Below, piece by piece: positions 10,548-20,261 of a stretch of DNA of 64,000 nucleotides. The position numbers were made by a program, and so were the translations under genes. Position 1 is the first letter of the stretch. The number at the start of each line of letters is the position of its first letter. This DNA is from an uncultured Verrucomicrobiae bacterium (GTDB lineage Bacteria > Verrucomicrobiota > Verrucomicrobiia > Chthoniobacterales > Chthoniobacteraceae): NCBI GenBank assembly GCA_963836755.1, contig CAWIKF010000001.1, forward strand, positions 256,001 to 320,000, in the 5' to 3' direction. The notes under the pieces are model-generated. The model was not told the DNA's origin, did no database searches, and saw only the letters and a list, made by a program, of their open reading frames with translations.

Positions 10548-13500
10548 TCACAATCGAGCCGGAGCAGGCGCTGGAAGGCTGCACACAACCACTGTCCCGG
10601 TCTGCGCGCCGCGCCTGAAGTGGAGCTGCGCGCCGATGATGCGGGCGCGGTAATGCATCGTGTGCCAGCCGAGCCCCGGCGACGCGGGCGCGGAATGGTC
10701 GAGCGCGATGCCCACGCCATCGTCCTCGACGGAAAGCGTGGTGCCGTCGGCATTTGACGCGAGGCAAATCACGATGCGTTTGCCGCCGCTGTGCTTCGCG
10801 GCATTGTGTGCAGACTCCTGCGCGATTCTGTAAAGATGCGTCGCGACCGCAGCGTCTGCAATTTCGACGACCGATGCGCAATCGAAGATGCACTCAATGT
10901 TAAATAACCGCTGGACCATGTGAGCCAATTCCTGGAGCGCCGCGACAAATCCCGTGCCAGCCAAATCCAACGGCGCGAGCCCCTTCGCAATGCTGCGTGC
11001 CTTGATCACGGCCTGCCGCACCAGCTCGTTGATCTGGCGCGCATCGTCCGCCTCCTTGATTTGTTGCGCGGCGAGATTGTCGCGCAGCACGTTCGCGAGC
11101 AGCGACACTCCCACGAGATACTGGCAAAGATCGTCGTGCAAATCCTGGCCGATCCGCCGTTTTTCATTGTCGCTGATTTCCAGGACCTCGCGTTCGAGCC
11201 GCTTCCGCTCGCTGATGTCGCGGATGATCGCCGAGACGCCGCGGATTTCTCCGCCTTCATCACGCAAAGGCGAGACCGTCATCGCGATTTCGATCTTTCG
11301 TCCGTCCTTCGTCTGTCGCACGGTTTCAAAGTTTTTGAAAACCTGCCCCTGCCGCACGAGGTCGCTCATGCCGGCCGCTTCGTCGCGACGTTCAGGCGGC
11401 GAAAGTTTTGATGCGGTCCCGCCGATCATTTCCTCCGCCGAATAGCCGAAAATAGTTTCCGCCGCTTTGTTCCAACTGAGAATTGCTCCGTCGTTGCTCG
11501 TGCTTATGATCGCGTCGTTCGATGATTCGACGATCGAGGCGAAGCGCGACAGTTGTTGCTCCGTCTGTTTACGCTCCGTAATATCACGCTGCACGCCGAG
11601 CAGGCCGACTGTTTTTCCGGCGCTGTCGAGCAACGGCACTTTCGAGGTCAAGAACCACCGCGTTTGACCCGCAGCGTCCAACATTGTTTCAGTTTGATCG
11701 ATGAGCGCGCGGCCGGTGGCGAGGACCTCGCGCTCCTCCTCCAGATTGCGCGCGGCAATTTCCGGTGGGAAAAAATCGGAGTCAGTTTTGCCGGTGATTT
11801 CCTGCTGCGTCCGCGCGCGTAAAAGTTGTCGATGCGCAGCATTGCTCACGACGAAAAGGCCTTCATTGTCTTTCACAAAAACCGAGTCCGGCAGGTTGTC
11901 GATCAGCGTGCGGAGCAGGTTGCGCTCATGCGCGAGCGCTTCGCTCATCCGGTTGCGTTCCGTGATGTCGCGCGAGATGCCGAAGATGCCGACGATGTCG
12001 CCCGCGGCATTGCGGCAAACGCCCTTCGTCGCCAAAAAATCATGCTCGCGTCCCATCAATCGCATGGTGCTGAAAAATGTTTGCGTGTGGCCGGTCACGA
12101 CTACTTTCAGATCCTCGCGAACGATGCTGCGCGCGGTCTGCGGATCAAAAAGATCGCGCGCCGTTTTCCCAATCACGTCATCTGGCGTCCGCCCCAATGC
12201 GAGCGCGCCCGCGGAATTCATCATCGTGTATCGCCCTTGCAAATCCTTCACATAAATGGCGTCGGTTGTTCCTTCGACGATATCGCGCAGAAGCACGTGG
12301 CTGGCGCGCAACGCCATCTCGGCGCGGTGCCTGCCGGTGATTTCTGTCTGGGAAATTACCGCTCCGCCGCCCTCGGGCGAAAGGGGCGTGGCGCAAAGCG
12401 TAAACCAGCGCTCTCCCGCGTGGTCGGCACAATACTCGAACGAAAATTCCGCGAGCGATCCATCCAGCACGCATTGCACGCCGGAAACCGTCTCGCTCGC
12501 GCTGATCTCTGCGGACTGAAAAGCCGTGCGACAGAAATCGAGATAATTCGCGCCGACGCTGCAGTTCATCGCTCCACAAAATTCATCGCGAGCGCGCATC
12601 CATACTTTGTTTACGGTGAGCACATTGCCTTGCGGATCGAGCACTGCGACCTGCGCCTGCAGCGAATCAATCAACGACCGCAGCAATCCTTTGCTGTTCC
12701 GCAAATCTCTCTCGGCCTGACGCCGATCTTCGACTTCCTTGAGCAGCGCGTCGTTGAGCCCGCGCAGTTCCGCTGTCCGTTCCTCGATGCGCTGCTCCAG
12801 TTCCTCGTGCATTTTTTGCAATTCATCCTCCGTTTTTTTGCGAAGCGAAACGTCCTCGACCACCGTGACGAAATATTCCGGCGCGCCCGACTCCTCGCGC
12901 ACGAGCGTCCCGCTGACGTGCACCCACACGATGGAACCGTCTTTGCGGACGTAGCGCTTTTCCACGCTCATCCGCGGAAATTTCTCCGCAACCGCGCGCC
13001 TAAAAAAATCGATGTTTGAGGCGAGGTCGTCCGGATGAGTGATGTCGACAAAGTTTCGCTGCAGCAATTCCTCGCGCGAGTAGCCGACGATTTCGCACAT
13101 CCGGTCATTCACGCGGATCCAGCGGCCGTCGAGATCGACTTGCGAGATACCGACCGCGGCTTGCGCGAAAGTTGCCTGCAGCCGCTTTTCTTTTTGCTGT
13201 AATCTTCGCTGCGTGAGCCGTTGCTCCGTCACGTCGCGAGCCAGCACTAGCGCGGCATCCCGGGCGGCGAAGTCGAGCGCGTGCGAGGTAAGTTCGACTT
13301 CGATGAGATCGCCGTTCTTTTTTTTATGCCGCCAAAATCCGAAGTGCTCGCGCTCCGATTTTTGTTGCTCGAAAACCGCGCGATATTCCTCGAGATCCTC
13401 GATCGGCCAGATCTGCTCAATCGTCATCGCGAGAAACTCCTCGCGCGAATATCCGTAGCAAAAAATCGCTGCGTCATTCACCGCGAGGAAGCGGAGCGTC

Positions 13501-13667
13501 TCGCGATCGTAGACCCACATCGGCTGCGGATTCGCATCGAAAAGCAGGCGATAATTTCCTTCCCCCGGCGTGGCGGACGCACTCGCCGAAACGTGGTCAT
13601 CCGTCGCAACGGCAGTCTGCTTCGCGTTGCGCGCGACCGGCGACTTGATGGACTTCCCCTTGGCCAT
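10548..13667 (-). CDS. Cytoplasmic multi-PAS sensor histidine kinase (HisKA_3/NarX-like)
   Basis: Several PAS/PAC repeats (RDVTE, RDITER, RDISER), EKRRIGQDLHDDLCQ H-box, RIAQESAHNAAKHS and EDDGVG. The start is uncertain (13667 ATG versus 13742). Confidence 0.9.
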   Translation of the reverse strand: MAKGKSIKSPVARNAKQTAVATDDHVSASASATPGEGNYRLLFDANPQPMWVYDRETLRFLAVNDAAIFCYGYSREEFLAMTIEQIWPIEDLEEYRAVFEQQKSEREHFGFWRHKKKNGDLIEVELTSHALDFAARDAALVLARDVTEQRLTQRRLQQKEKRLQATFAQAAVGISQVDLDGRWIRVNDRMCEIVGYSREELLQRNFVDITHPDDLASNIDFFRRAVAEKFPRMSVEKRYVRKDGSIVWVHVSGTLVREESGAPEYFVTVVEDVSLRKKTEDELQKMHEELEQRIEERTAELRGLNDALLKEVEDRRQAERDLRNSKGLLRSLIDSLQAQVAVLDPQGNVLTVNKVWMRARDEFCGAMNCSVGANYLDFCRTAFQSAEISASETVSGVQCVLDGSLAEFSFEYCADHAGERWFTLCATPLSPEGGGAVISQTEITGRHRAEMALRASHVLLRDIVEGTTDAIYVKDLQGRYTMMNSAGALALGRTPDDVIGKTARDLFDPQTARSIVREDLKVVVTGHTQTFFSTMRLMGREHDFLATKGVCRNAAGDIVGIFGISRDITERNRMSEALAHERNLLRTLIDNLPDSVFVKDNEGLFVVSNAAHRQLLRARTQQEITGKTDSDFFPPEIAARNLEEEREVLATGRALIDQTETMLDAAGQTRWFLTSKVPLLDSAGKTVGLLGVQRDITERKQTEQQLSRFASIVESSNDAIISTSNDGAILSWNKAAETIFGYSAEEMIGGTASKLSPPERRDEAAGMSDLVRQGQVFKNFETVRQTKDGRKIEIAMTVSPLRDEGGEIRGVSAIIRDISERKRLEREVLEISDNEKRRIGQDLHDDLCQYLVGVSLLANVLRDNLAAQQIKEADDARQINELVRQAVIKARSIAKGLAPLDLAGTGFVAALQELAHMVQRLFNIECIFDCASVVEIADAAVATHLYRIAQESAHNAAKHSGGKRIVICLASNADGTTLSVEDDGVGIALDHSAPASPGLGWHTMHYRARIIGAQLHFRRGAQTGTVVVCSLPAPAPARL

Positions 13668-13764
13668 AGAGCCGTGAGGCTCTTGGCGGGGCCGGAGCAT
13701 CAGGCAGGCCATCGTGGGCATCGGTGCCCACTTTTCCAACAACTAAATCGCGACTCGCGATAAA

Positions 13765-15783
13765 CTACGCCGGCGCTTCCGTGAGCCCGTGCGGATAATC
13801 GGGCGCGAGCGTGGTTGTGCCTTCGCTCAATGGCGGCGGCTCTTTGCTCGGCTTGCTCGGGCCGCTCGTTGGCGGATTAAGCATGCGATCATGCTTTATG
13901 ATGTCGCGAATTTGGGCGCCATCGAGAGTTTCATATTCGAGCAGTGCTTTCGCGATCGATTCCAACTTCCCGCGATATTTCAAAAGCATTTCCTTCGCAC
14001 GCGAATACGCATCGTCGCAAAGTTTGCGCACTTCGCGGTCGATCTCCTGCGCCGTCGCCTCGCTGTAATCGCGAGCTCGTGAAATGTCGCGGCCGAGGAA
14101 AACATAGTCTTCGTGCTCACCGTATTCGACCATGCCGAGTTTTTCCGACATGCCCCATTCACACACCATTTTGCGCGCGAGGCCAGTTGCCATTTTGATG
14201 TCGCCGCGCGCGCCACTCGTCACGTCGCCGAAAACAATTTCCTCCGCAACGCGACCGCCCATGTCGACGACGAGATCGTCAAGTAACTCGTTTTTGCGCA
14301 TCGTGTATTTGTCCTCGATCGGCAGCCACATGGTGGACCCGAGCGACGGGCCGCGCGGAATGATGGTCACCTTGTGAAGCGGCTCGGTGTGCTCGAGGAG
14401 CTCGAGCAGAAGCGCGTGGCCGGCTTCGTGATACGCGGTATTTTCTTTTTCTTTTTCGGAAATGGCGAGCGAGCGGCGCTCGCGTCCCCAGCGAACTTTG
14501 TCGCGCGCTTCCTCGAGATCGTGGAGGAAAATCGATTTCTGACTTTTTCTCGCGGCAAGCAGCGCGGCTTCGTTGATCACGTTCGCGAGTTCTGCGCCGG
14601 AATAACCGGGCGTTCCGCGCGCGATGACTGCCATGTCCACGTCTTCGCCGATTTTTACGCGACGTGCGTGCACTTTTAAAATTTCCTCGCGGCCTTTGAC
14701 ATCGGGCAGATTGACCGTGATCTGTCGGTCGAAACGGCCCGGCCGCAGCAGCGCCGGATCGAGCACGTCGGGTCGGTTCGTTGCCGCGATGATGATGACC
14801 CCTTCCTGCGTGTCGAAGCCGTCCATCTCAACCAACAAAGCGTTTAACGTCTGTTCACGCTCGTCATGCCCACCGCCGAGCCCGTGGCCGCGGTGCCGGC
14901 CGACAGCGTCGATCTCATCGATGAAAATAATGCACGGCGCACTCTTTTTACCTTGTTCAAACATGTCACGCACACGTGATGCACCGACGCCGACAAACAT
15001 CTCCACGAAATCCGAGCCGCTGATCGAGAAAAACGGCACGTCCGCCTCGCCGGCGATTGCGCGTGCGAGCAAAGTTTTTCCGGTGCCGGGAGGGCCGACC
15101 ATCAGCACGCCTTTCGGAATGCGGCCGCCGAGCTTTTGAAATTTTTTCGGGTCGCGCAAAAACTCCACGAGCTCCTGGACTTCATCTTTAGCCTCGTCGA
15201 CGCCGGCGACGTCCTTGAACGTGATTTTGTTTTTGTCGCGCGCGAGCATCCGCGCTTTTGATTTGCCGAAATTCATCGCCCCTTTCCCCGCCATGCGGAT
15301 TTGCTGGCGGAAGAAAAAGTAAATCAGCAGCAGGAACAGCGCGAACGGCAGGAAACCGAAAATCGCCGACGCGACAAAGTTCGACTCCGGTTTCGGCGCG
15401 ACTTCGAAGCCGGCTTTTTTCAAGGTCTCCGGCAGATTTTTGTCCCACTCGAGATCGACCGGCGTGCGGAATGTGCCGACGATATCCTCGCCCGCGGCGG
15501 TTTTGCCGCGCGTGTAATTTCCGCGCAGATACCTGGCCGTCTGCCCTTCCTGCTGCACGAGTTCGAGCGGCGGGGCTTTGCGAATCTGCCCATCCTCGAC
15601 CATTTTCAAAAACGCCGGCTCGGAAAATTCGTCCGGGCTGCCGTAAGGCCCCTTGAATAAAAAGGCGCCGCCGATCAATGCGATGGCGATGGCGAAAAGC
15701 ACGAGGCCGCGCCAGTTAAAATTCGGGTCGCCGCCATTGCGATTGCCTTTTTCTTTTGGCGGACGTGATTCGAGTTGTGACAT
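13765..15783 (-). CDS. ftsH: ATP-dependent zinc metalloprotease FtsH
   Basis: Two TM segments, [22 protein letters not shown] and HEAGH. Confidence 0.98.
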   Translation of the reverse strand: MSQLESRPPKEKGNRNGGDPNFNWRGLVLFAIAIALIGGAFLFKGPYGSPDEFSEPAFLKMVEDGQIRKAPPLELVQQEGQTARYLRGNYTRGKTAAGEDIVGTFRTPVDLEWDKNLPETLKKAGFEVAPKPESNFVASAIFGFLPFALFLLLIYFFFRQQIRMAGKGAMNFGKSKARMLARDKNKITFKDVAGVDEAKDEVQELVEFLRDPKKFQKLGGRIPKGVLMVGPPGTGKTLLARAIAGEADVPFFSISGSDFVEMFVGVGASRVRDMFEQGKKSAPCIIFIDEIDAVGRHRGHGLGGGHDEREQTLNALLVEMDGFDTQEGVIIIAATNRPDVLDPALLRPGRFDRQITVNLPDVKGREEILKVHARRVKIGEDVDMAVIARGTPGYSGAELANVINEAALLAARKSQKSIFLHDLEEARDKVRWGRERRSLAISEKEKENTAYHEAGHALLLELLEHTEPLHKVTIIPRGPSLGSTMWLPIEDKYTMRKNELLDDLVVDMGGRVAEEIVFGDVTSGARGDIKMATGLARKMVCEWGMSEKLGMVEYGEHEDYVFLGRDISRARDYSEATAQEIDREVRKLCDDAYSRAKEMLLKYRGKLESIAKALLEYETLDGAQIRDIIKHDRMLNPPTSGPSKPSKEPPPLSEGTTTLAPDYPHGLTEAPA

Positions 15784-16116
15784 AAATTCAGCTCACTGTG
15801 GAAACACGCCGCGCACATTCGCGCGTCCGACGCCAGCGCCACGGAAGCAACCGCGCAATCTAGGTATTCTCGTGGATTGGTCAAACATGTTTGTCACTCT
15901 GTAAAAAAATATTCGATTTTGCCGGCCCACCAAGCTGCCTGCTGTCGCTCACGGAGCGGGGACCTTTGGCGCAGTTTTCCTAATTTTTCGCCTGGCATCG
16001 GCTTGAGAAATCTCCCGTATAAACAAGACACTGCTCCTTCTGCTTTCGTTCACCTGCTGCCGATCGGAATTTTTTTCGCGCTATTTTCGGGGTTCCCGCG
16101 TCTTATTTCCACACCG

Positions 16117-17559
16117 ATGAAAACACCGTTCCTTCCCGGCCTTATTCTGGCCTGCATCTGCGTTCATACTTTCGCGGGCGAGCCCGCGCTCACCATATAT
16201 AATCAAAACTTCGCCGTCGTCCGTGAAATCGTCCCGCTCAAGCTCAACGCCGGCGTCAACGACATCCGCTTCTCCGACGTGACCGCGCAGGCCGAGACCG
16301 ATTCCGTCATCCTCCGCGACCCGAGCGGCAAGGTGAAATTGCAAATCCTCGAGCAAAGTTATCGCAACGACCCGGTCTCGCAGGAATTCCTCCTCTCGCT
16401 CAACGAAGGCAAAACCATTTCGTTTTTCGTCAACCGGCCGAACAAGCCCGACCAAACCATCCAGGGCAAAATCATCCGCAGCGGCTACGGCGCCGGCGGA
16501 CAGAACCCGACGCAGCCGATCATCGAGGTCAATGGCGAGCTGCAGTTTTCCCTGCCGGGCGAGCCGCGTTTCCCCGCGCTCGGCGACGATACGATTTTAA
16601 ATCCGACGCTCGGCTGGAAGCTCAACGCCAGCGCCGCCGGGCCTCTCGACGCCGAGCTCGCCTACATCACCGGCGGACTTTCCTGGCATGCCGATTACAA
16701 CATCGTCGCGGCCGAGAAAAGCGACATCATCGACCTCGTCGGCTGGGTCACCTTTGACAACCAAAGCGGTAAAACTTTCCGCGATGCGAAGATCAAACTC
16801 ATGGCCGGCGACGTGAACAAAATCCTCCCGCAACCCGGGCTGATGAAGGCCAGAACCTTCGCCCTGAGCGCCGATGCAGCGGCTGGCGAAGCCGCGCCCG
16901 TCACCGAAAAAGCCTTCTCCGAATTTCACCTCTACACGATCAGCCGTCCCGCCACACTCCGCGACCACGAGTCGAAACAAGTCGAGTTCGTCCGCGCCCA
17001 GGGCGTCAGCGCCCCGCGCATCTTCGTTTACGATGGCGCCACCGTCACCTACGGCCAGGTCCCGATGTATCGCGGCGAGGGCGACTACGGCATCCCGATG
17101 AACAAAAAAGTCTGGGTCCTGCGCGAATTCAAAAACTCCGAGGCGAACCACCTCGGCATGCCGCTGCCCAAAGGCCGGCTCCGTTTCTACCAGCAGGACG
17201 ACGACAAACAGCTCGAATTCATCGGCGAAAACGAAATCGACCACACTCCGAAAGACGAAACCATCCGCGTCTACGTCGGCAACAGCTTCGACCTCGCCGG
17301 CGAGCGCCGCCGCACCAGCTTCAAAGTCAGCGACAGCGAGCATTGGGCGGAGGAAGCCTTCGAGATAAAACTCCGCAACCACAAAAAAGAACCCGTCGAA
17401 ATCCGCGTCGTCGAGCACCTCTCCCGCTTCGACAACTGGCAGGTAAAAGAAAAAAGCGACGAATTCACAAAACTCGACTCCCACACCATCGAGTTCCGCA
17501 TCCCGCTCAAGCCCGACGAGGAACACGTCGTCACCTACCGCGTCCACTACTCGTGGTGA
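16117..17559 (+). CDS. Secreted DUF4139-domain protein
   Basis: Signal peptide, LTIYNQNFAVVRE, YITGGLSWHADY, FSEFHLY and FIGENEIDHTPKDE patterns typical of this family. Confidence 0.8.
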   Translation: MKTPFLPGLILACICVHTFAGEPALTIYNQNFAVVREIVPLKLNAGVNDIRFSDVTAQAETDSVILRDPSGKVKLQILEQSYRNDPVSQEFLLSLNEGKTISFFVNRPNKPDQTIQGKIIRSGYGAGGQNPTQPIIEVNGELQFSLPGEPRFPALGDDTILNPTLGWKLNASAAGPLDAELAYITGGLSWHADYNIVAAEKSDIIDLVGWVTFDNQSGKTFRDAKIKLMAGDVNKILPQPGLMKARTFALSADAAAGEAAPVTEKAFSEFHLYTISRPATLRDHESKQVEFVRAQGVSAPRIFVYDGATVTYGQVPMYRGEGDYGIPMNKKVWVLREFKNSEANHLGMPLPKGRLRFYQQDDDKQLEFIGENEIDHTPKDETIRVYVGNSFDLAGERRRTSFKVSDSEHWAEEAFEIKLRNHKKEPVEIRVVEHLSRFDNWQVKEKSDEFTKLDSHTIEFRIPLKPDEEHVVTYRVHYSW

Positions 17560-17581
17560 GGCGCCATCGGCGCTCTCTTTT

Positions 17582-17666
17582 AGCCACGGATGGAAACGGA
17601 TGAAACACAGATACGGATTGGCACGCAGCCGTCCTTGGTTTCTCCACATCCGTGCTCCATCCGTGC
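17582..17666. repeat. CCACGGATG-type imperfect palindromic repeat element
   Basis: agccacggatggaaacggatg (17582) is complementary to catccgtgctccatccgtg (17647) and to 18131-18158. Confidence 0.7.
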
Positions 17667-17667
17667 C

Positions 17668-17962
17668 GATCCGGCACTGAAAACTCGGCGTCCCGGCGTG
17701 AATTCCTCACGTCCCGTCGAGAAAAGTCCACGTCCGATGGAGAAAAGTTGAGGTCCCGAGGAGAATTTCTCACGTCCCGGGGAGAAAACTTCACGTCCCG
17801 CGGAGAATTTCTCACGTCCCGTTGAGAAAACATCACGTCCCGGGGAGAATTTCCCACGTCCGATGCAGAAGTTTTCACATCCCGAGGAGAAGTTCTGACG
17901 TCCGGTGTAGAAGTTTTTTACATCCCGAAGCCATTTCCTCACGTCCCGCCGCCGAAAACGGA
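17668..17962. repeat. Degenerate 21-bp tandem array 1 (about 14 units; consensus CGTCCCGNNGAGAANTTYTCA)
   Basis: Units at 17689, 17710, 17731, 17752, 17773, 17794, 17815, 17836, 17857, 17878, 17899 (22 nt), 17921 and 17942, plus a degenerate unit at 17668. Confidence 0.95.
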
Positions 17963-17991
17963 TAATTTAAGACAAATCTCTCGCAAATGAC

Positions 17992-18097
17992 CGGGAGCGC
18001 ACGCTTCCAGCGTGCAGTCGCCGGCATCCTGCCGGCGACATCCGCGAAGGATTCGGCAAGGATGCCGAACCCGGCACGCTGGAAGCGCGCGCTCCCG
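17992..18097. repeat. REP-like palindromic element with internal hairpins
   Basis: cgggagcgcacgcttccagcgtgc ... gcacgctggaagcgcgcgctcccg form terminal inverted repeats. Internal hairpins are gtcgccggca-tcc-tgccggcgac and ttcggca-agga-tgccgaa. Confidence 0.85.
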
Positions 18098-18130
18098 ATA
18101 AGAGCCGTCCGTCTCATCCCAAAAAACCCC

Positions 18131-18158
18131 GTTTCCCATCCGTGTCCCATCCGTGGCT
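18131..18158. repeat. Inverted copy of the 17582 repeat
   Basis: The reverse complement agccacggatgggacacggatgggaaac closely matches 17582-17606. Confidence 0.75.
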
Positions 18159-18248
18159 GAACCAAATGGAACCCGCATGAATCTCCTTCCCAATGCACCC
18201 AAAAACATCACTCTCCCCAAATGCCTGAAAACACACCCGCCACGTTGA

Positions 18249-18680
18249 CGATCCGCAACGCGCAACATCCTCGAAGCCGCTCTCAACAATGAGGCGACCT
18301 ATGTGGAAGGCCTCGTCGAAGACCTCACCGATGCCGCCGCAGCCGCCATTATCGAGGAAGCGGGCATGTCCGTGGCGGGAGAAGTTCCGCCCATCGGCCC
18401 GATGCCGAAAGTCGATGGCCTTTCCGCCACGCAAGGCGACAGCGAAGGCGAAGTCGATCTCCATTGGAACCCCGTGAAACGCGGCTTGCAAAACTACCTC
18501 ACCGAGGTCACCGACGACCCGACCGGCCAGACCGGCTGGCGCTTTGCCGCCAACAGCCGCAAAAGCAGCGTCGCAGTCACCGGCCTCACGAGTGGGAAAA
18601 GGTATTGGTTCCGCGTCACGGCCGAATGCGCCTCCGGCTCCGGCCCCGCCAGCGAGCCGCAAACCAAAGTCGCGCCGTAA
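18249..18680 (+). pseudogene. Fibronectin type III domain protein, apparently 5'-truncated
   Basis: GEVDLHWNPV...VTGLTSGKRYWFRVTA...SEP is an FN3 signature. The frame extends upstream of GTG 18303 as RNILEAALNNEATYVEG but hits TGA at 18246 with no ATG. Confidence 0.7.
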
Positions 18681-18693
18681 AAACCTCTCCCGG

Positions 18694-18749
18694 ATTAGAC
18701 TCAAACATGCGCATTATATTGCGCATGTTTGAGGTCTAATTCGTTAGGC
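18694..18749 (+). other. Long inverted repeat followed by an integron-type core site GTTAGGC (putative attI-like site)
   Basis: attagactcaaacatgcgca-ttatat-tgcgcatgtttgaggtctaat (20-bp arms, one bulged base), then GTTAGGC (GTTRRRY) at 18743-18749. Confidence 0.6.
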
Positions 18750-18756
18750 GCTCCTG

Positions 18757-19179
18757 ATGCGCTATCTACCCAAAATATTGTTTCTCTATCTGGGCGCAGC
18801 GGTATATGCGTGCGCTAGTGACAGGGTCGATTTCACAGGCACGTGGGATCAGCGGAATGCCAAAGCGATCTCGTTCACGCTGTCATTAAAACAGACTGGT
18901 AATCGACTCGAAGGGTATCATCTCGCCGTGGTGCTATACACTCGCGCTCATCACATCGACGACGGGGGCTCTCCAGAAGACGGCGATCCACCATCAATTA
19001 TAGGTATTGTCAGTGGCCAAGAAGCCAGGGTGCGGTTTGAGAGTGGCCGAGAGGGAGGTGGCGCTGCCTTGATAAGATTTGAAGGCAATCGAATTGAGTG
19101 GAAGACGCTTAGTTCTCGTCCTGGGCACTTTTTCCCTGATCATGCGATTCTCGAAAGAAGAGGCTCTCGAAATCATTAA
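18757..19179 (+). CDS. Hypothetical secreted protein carried as a putative integron gene cassette
   Basis: 140-aa ORF with a signal peptide and visibly more A/T-ending codons than its neighbours. ATG lies 7 nt after GTTAGGC, and GCCTAAC follows the stop. Confidence 0.75.
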   Translation: MRYLPKILFLYLGAAVYACASDRVDFTGTWDQRNAKAISFTLSLKQTGNRLEGYHLAVVLYTRAHHIDDGGSPEDGDPPSIIGIVSGQEARVRFESGREGGGAALIRFEGNRIEWKTLSSRPGHFFPDHAILERRGSRNH

Positions 19180-19217
19180 AGGTTCTCAGTCACCACTCGC
19201 TGTCGCAGGATGAAAAA

Positions 19218-19300
19218 GCCTAACAACGTTGCAGCTAATTGGCTCCGGCCTTCACGCTGGCTGCTGCGCACCCAGCGCCCCATCCTCCGCCATTAGCGGA
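19218..19300 (+). mobile_element. Truncated attC-like site (R'' inverse core GCCTAAC plus left arm)
   Basis: gcctaac-aacgttgcagctaattggctcc... begins with RYYYAAC, the exact reverse complement of the upstream GTTAGGC. No distal GTTRRRY is seen before the converging gene. Confidence 0.6.
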
Positions 19301-20261
19301 AAAGCCGGTGCTCCCGCGTGCCGGTGAGCGCTTTTTGCAGGACGATGAACAGCAGCAGCAGCGCGCCGGTGGCAATTTTCGTCCACCAGGTGTTCAGGTT
19401 CCCCTGAAAAGTAATCAAGGTCTGGATCAGGCCCAGGATCAGCACTCCCATCAGCGTGCCGGGGATGAATCCGACGCCGCCAGTCAGCAGCGTGCCGCCA
19501 ATGACGACCGCTGCGATGGCGTCGAGCTCGAGGCCGACGAATGAGGCCGGGTTGCCCGATTGCATGTAAAAAGTGGAGACGCAGCCCGCGAGGGCGGAGA
19601 AAAAACCGGCGAGCGCGTAGATGCCGATCTTCGTGTTGCCGACCGGCACGCCCATGAGCAGCGCGGAGTTTTCGCTGGAACCGATGGCGTAAACGTTGCG
19701 CCCGAAGCGCGTGTAAACGCAGAGCCACGTGGCCGCGATGACGACCGCGATGAAGCAGAGCGCCGTGAATGGAATGCTGATGCGCGGCGCGAGCGGGATC
19801 GAGAGTTCGCGGATGGTCTGCTGGTAAAAGTGGTCCTTGATCGCGAGCGAATCCTCGCGCACGACGAACGCCATTCCGCGCATGAAAAACATTCCGGCCA
19901 GCGTGACGAGGAACGGCGGCAGATCGAAAAACCGGATGAGGCTTCCCTGCGCCGCGCCGAAGATTGTGCCGACGACGAGGGCGATCGCCATTGCCAAAAG
20001 CGGCGGAGTGCCGTCGGCGATCAACGTGGCGATGAAGATGCCGATGAAGGCGATGACCGCGCCCACGGAGAGGTCGATGCCGCCGGACAAAATCACGAAC
20101 GTCGCGCCGACGGCGGCGATGCCGAGGAAGGCGTTGTCGCCGAATAGATTCACGATCACGCGCGGCGAGCTGAAGTTTGGATACAGCACGCAGCCGAGCG
20201 CGTAGAGGGCGATCATGACGAGCGCGGTCGCGGCGAGCGGGATGTATTTGGGGTTGATCAT
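19293..20261 (-). CDS. yjfF: Sugar ABC transporter permease, YjfF-like (galactofuranose type)
   Basis: DNAFLGIAAVGATFVILSGGIDLSVG and ELDAIAAVVIGGTLLTGG. Confidence 0.85.
   Translation of the reverse strand: MINPKYIPLAATALVMIALYALGCVLYPNFSSPRVIVNLFGDNAFLGIAAVGATFVILSGGIDLSVGAVIAFIGIFIATLIADGTPPLLAMAIALVVGTIFGAAQGSLIRFFDLPPFLVTLAGMFFMRGMAFVVREDSLAIKDHFYQQTIRELSIPLAPRISIPFTALCFIAVVIAATWLCVYTRFGRNVYAIGSSENSALLMGVPVGNTKIGIYALAGFFSALAGCVSTFYMQSGNPASFVGLELDAIAAVVIGGTLLTGGVGFIPGTLMGVLILGLIQTLITFQGNLNTWWTKIATGALLLLFIVLQKALTGTREHRLFR

Noticed and set aside
15784..16116. tRNA or riboswitch in this or other larger intergenic regions
   Set aside because: No cloverleaf, T-loop or known aptamer motif was recognisable by eye; an Infernal/Rfam scan would be needed to exclude one.
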